Positions 60,301-64,000 of a stretch of 64,000 nucleotides of DNA are shown here, piece by piece. Source of the stretch: Trichoplax adhaerens (lineage: Eukaryota > Animalia > Placozoa); NCBI RefSeq assembly GCF_000150275.1, contig NW_002060949.1, positions 2,973,836 to 3,037,835 on the forward strand, given 5' to 3'. The translations under genes were made by a program, and so were the position numbers. Under the pieces are notes generated by a model. The model searched no databases and was not told the DNA's origin. It saw nothing but the letters and a program-made list of their open reading frames with translations. Within the stretch, counting starts at the first letter, position 1. Every line of letters begins with the position of its first letter.

Positions 60301-63300
60301 TTGATTAGTTTAGTACATAACTTTCAACAACACCTGTTGAAACTAAGAACTTCTAGGATACAGCGACTAGATTAATAAAATTGTATTCAAACAGCATGGG
60401 TAAAAAATAGAAGTCTAGTACTGTATATATGCCAACATATATATGTCTTGTTTTATTAGTGCGGCAAATTATATACCATATGTTAAATGTTGCTAAGATG
60501 AAATTATTAAGCAATTAAGCTAGTTCAGTATGAATGAGCTAAAATCTTTTTAGATAAATATACTAGTTTGCTATACCATTTCAAGTAGCACGAGCTAAAA
60601 TAGAAATATTGTATGTTACAACTACAGATTTAATGTTATGTATTACAAATTCAGGGTAAATCGGTCACTGCATTTGCTAGTCATTATGGCCTAATAATTT
60701 CAAGATCGGATAATATCTATAATCCACGTACCATTACGGTCTGATGGAGTTCAGCCTTGGTCTCTTCATCACTCCTCATATCTTCAGCTAAGTCATTATA
60801 TTCCTACAAAAGACGAAACAGCATAATCAAGTTAGTATTTCCAATTTTATTAAACATACAGCAGCTTTATTGCTTAGCTGCGTTAATGTATTATCATTAC
60901 TCAAAATATCTAGGAATGTCACTACTCACTAGTGTAGCGACAAATAGAAATTGTGTTTAGGCTGTAGCTTTTACCCGCTAATTAAGATAAATTTATTATC
61001 ATTTTATTTTGATGGTACTGCAAATCCATAGGATGTAAAAATGTCATATAGGGTACCTATTCATGAGTATATTAGCTCAAATCAAGTACTACTCACCTTT
61101 TGCCACTGGTTTACTAACATCTGTTTTAAATCAGGCCGGCGAAGAAATTCTTTATATTCATTGCTATCAAGATCAATCATGAAATTTCAGTATTGTTATG
61201 AAATGTCTATGAGTTGGGTCTATATCCTAAACTTGGTAAATCCACCTCTTGTTCAGAATTAAGCTAATAGCTTACCGAATATTATAAAAGTACTGATAGG
61301 TGCTCTCTCTTTCGTCTCGCATTTTACGAAAGATGTATTTACATGAATCAATGTAATTGATTTCGATATTTTCCCATTGGGAAGATAAAATGGTTGCCAA
61401 TTCCTATCCATGATGAACGTGATAAATAATTCAGATGATAAACCTACGATATATATCTTTAAAGTTCCATAATTTTACCAATTCAATCGTATTTTCAACA
61501 TAAATCCAATCTTCTGAACCAGGTTCTGGTTTTGGAGGACTAGGTGGTCGTTCTTCTTCTTCTTCTACTTTGTTTAAATCTTCCGCTTCTCCTTGTCGGA
61601 CGAGTGATTGCTCTTGGATGACTGGTTCTGCCATAGCGGAAGATCGGCGTCTAGCATCTGATTTCTTTTTGAATTTCTTGCCTTAATTTTATAAAATTGG
61701 TCAGTACGAAAGATATTTTAAAATATTAAATTGATCTTATGGTATGCTTTGCTATTCAGATACCATAATTAATCATAATTCTATTTTAAACATTGATTAT
61801 TTATTGATGATATGGCAATATATATCGAAGTAAGAGGTTAATCAAATGGAATAACTGCAGGGACTTGTTGTGAAATTATACTCGATTACGTATGATAAAA
61901 TTGTTTTTATGCTACACAGGATGCAGAACAATACAGTACCGTATAATATACTACCTCAAAGGGTATAAACCTTTCCTATCATCTATTAGATTACCTTTCT
62001 CCTTGATGCGGGGACTAACATCTTTGCTATCTTCCGATTTTATCGGATGATGCTTATTCTTTTCCTTCTCTGTTTGAGCTTTACTTTCATTTTCGATAAC
62101 AGCAATTAGATTAGGGGTATCAACAACCACTTTAGGTGTTTCAGCTAATGGAGTGTCTTTATTTTCAGGTATTAAGGATGCATCTTGTACGGGATGAAGA
62201 TTTAAATCTATGAACCAGAAAAAAATAATGAACAACTAAATTAGTCAAGACCGTAAAAATGGCTATGATAAAAATAATCTATCTACATCGCAATGGATTT
62301 ACCTAACGGTTGCTGAGGCGATAAAGACCTTTCAGCTACCTGCGTAAACCAAATTTTGAAATATTTTATCAGTGATATAACGATTTAATAATGATACTGA
62401 TCATCAGGTTACAAATATTGATAAACATGGCTGTTATATCATTGAATTTACTCCGCTAGAGGGTTCAGGCTCCGGCTCCGGCTTTAATTTTTCTAGTACT
62501 TCTTCAAGAATAGTCTCCACATTTTGAAATACAGTTTCTATATCAAACATAAAGTTTTTAATCAATCATCTACTATGAGTAGAAGAAATCAATTATTTTG
62601 CTACTTAAAATAAGATTGGTCTCTTTTTTCACACAAGGTGAAACAAATTAACTACCTTGATCTTCAGCACCATCAATCTTCTTTAAATTACCAAATTTTG
62701 TAAACCATTTCTCCAGTTTTGACCAAGTATCATGAAAGCCAACCAACCTTTAAACAATTCCATAGTGAATTTAGTTATTATTACAACAACGTTTAAGTAT
62801 ATTCTATCTCTGATATTATGTATTTGATTCGTTTTCTACCTTTGCTGAACATGTTCGCTGGCATAGTTTGCATCACTAACTGGCATAACTTTATCTTGCT
62901 TGTTAAGACCAGTCCGGCTACCTTCTGGTGGTGGATTAAATTCTTCATGATACTGTTTACTAGACGTCATAGTCTCTACAATAGAAATTGCCTTTAGTTT
63001 TTCGCAAAATCATAGCTAGATCAAACACTAAACAATTCTATAGTCATAATCAGCGGTTATAGTGCAAAATTAATTGTAATCTAATGAGACAAACTTGTTC
63101 TTCCTGTTGCTCGTTTCAAAACAACTTCATCTTTTACATCAAATAAAATGACAACATCGATTCCACTAACGGGCGGCGGTAACTATTAAATACAAAAGAT
63201 TAGCTATAACGTTCATTTTAATTCCTACTTACGCGGATCATAGCTAAGACATAGTAAATACAAGTAATATAGGAATATCTATTATAGAATTAATTGATCA

Positions 63301-64000
63301 GTGACTCAACTTTCCCTTAAATTGGTATTATTAATACAACGACGCTAAAGATGATCTTTTCTTATAAATAGTCTTATTATAAATTCAGAAGTAGCTGTGA
63401 TGGCCTAGATTCATAGCTAACTATACCGACATCGGTATATCATAATTATCACTTTATTAATGTAGAGATACAGATGATAATCTGTATAGGCGAGGAACTA
63501 AAATTTCGTATAGATGTAATAAAAGTTACTATCATTTATTTACCTTTTCCTCCGGTTTTGGATCAGGTGCGAGCAAAGACTTCTTGCGCGCTTTGCTACC
63601 ACCTTTAGCTTGTGATATGGTTTTAACTTGAGGTGGGCTTGGATCATAGCCTGTCAAGGCTTTCTCAAATAGCTATCAAGAATGATCAATAAGATAAAAC
63701 CATTAAAATGAAAACTTTTAAAAGTTTTCTCTATGCATACAACAGTAGAAATAATTATCTAATCTTTACCTTGGCTTGGTTATATGTTGATGGGAAATCG
63801 TCTAAAATCCAACCGGAACCTTGCGGTATTTTCCTATAAAGTAATAGTCAGTTATCTTAAAAAGAGAGTCTACACATATGCTATTCTCAATCTAGAAACT
63901 GTCTTAACAGCTCTATAAATCATAAATTTTATCTCTAATTGGCTAACATCCTATATTAGACTTACTTAATGGTGTTAGTAATGATATCCACCATGACTTG
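54344..64000 (-). CDS. SPEF2: Sperm flagellar protein 2 (KPL2), 3' part, multi-exon
   Basis: Adenylate-kinase-like GWILDDFPSTYNQAK|LFEKALTGYDP; YHEEFNPPPEG; PPSPPKPEPGSEDWIYV; YKEFLRRPDLKQ; DMRSDEETKAELHQ; WNMCDKRKEDAERER; YINWRIFLV; EF-hand-like DTDHTGFVT; LLYFC...GLMRALSV. Stop at 54344-54346. Confidence 0.92.

Overview
AT-rich (roughly one-third GC), intron-dense, compact animal genomic DNA. Introns are mostly ~60-120 nt and the gene set is ancestral-metazoan; a placozoan such as Trichoplax is my best guess, by inference only. Nine protein-coding genes can be assembled by hand: DNA2 (-, 3' end outside the window), LRRC41 (+), TXNDC15 (-), TRIP4/ASC-1 (-), EEF1E1/AIMP3 (+), JUN (-), IFT25/HSPB11 (-, five small exons, missed by the ORF track), USP24 (+) and SPEF2 (-, 5' end outside the window). 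Three pairs are head-to-head. The main unexplained structures are: (1) a perfect 24-bp inverted repeat between IFT25 and USP24 whose two arms each carry an outward-facing consensus 5' splice site; (2) clusters of CAGTA/TACTG/TGTACA palindromic micro-repeats at most promoters; (3) an immediate-early-gene-like regulatory layout around JUN; (4) a ~230-nt G-U-rich foldback upstream of JUN; (5) a PIP-box/CDK-site N-terminal extension on DNA2. Four of the genes have human orthologues on chromosome 1p32-p34. No prokaryotic, CRISPR or recognisable transposase features were seen.
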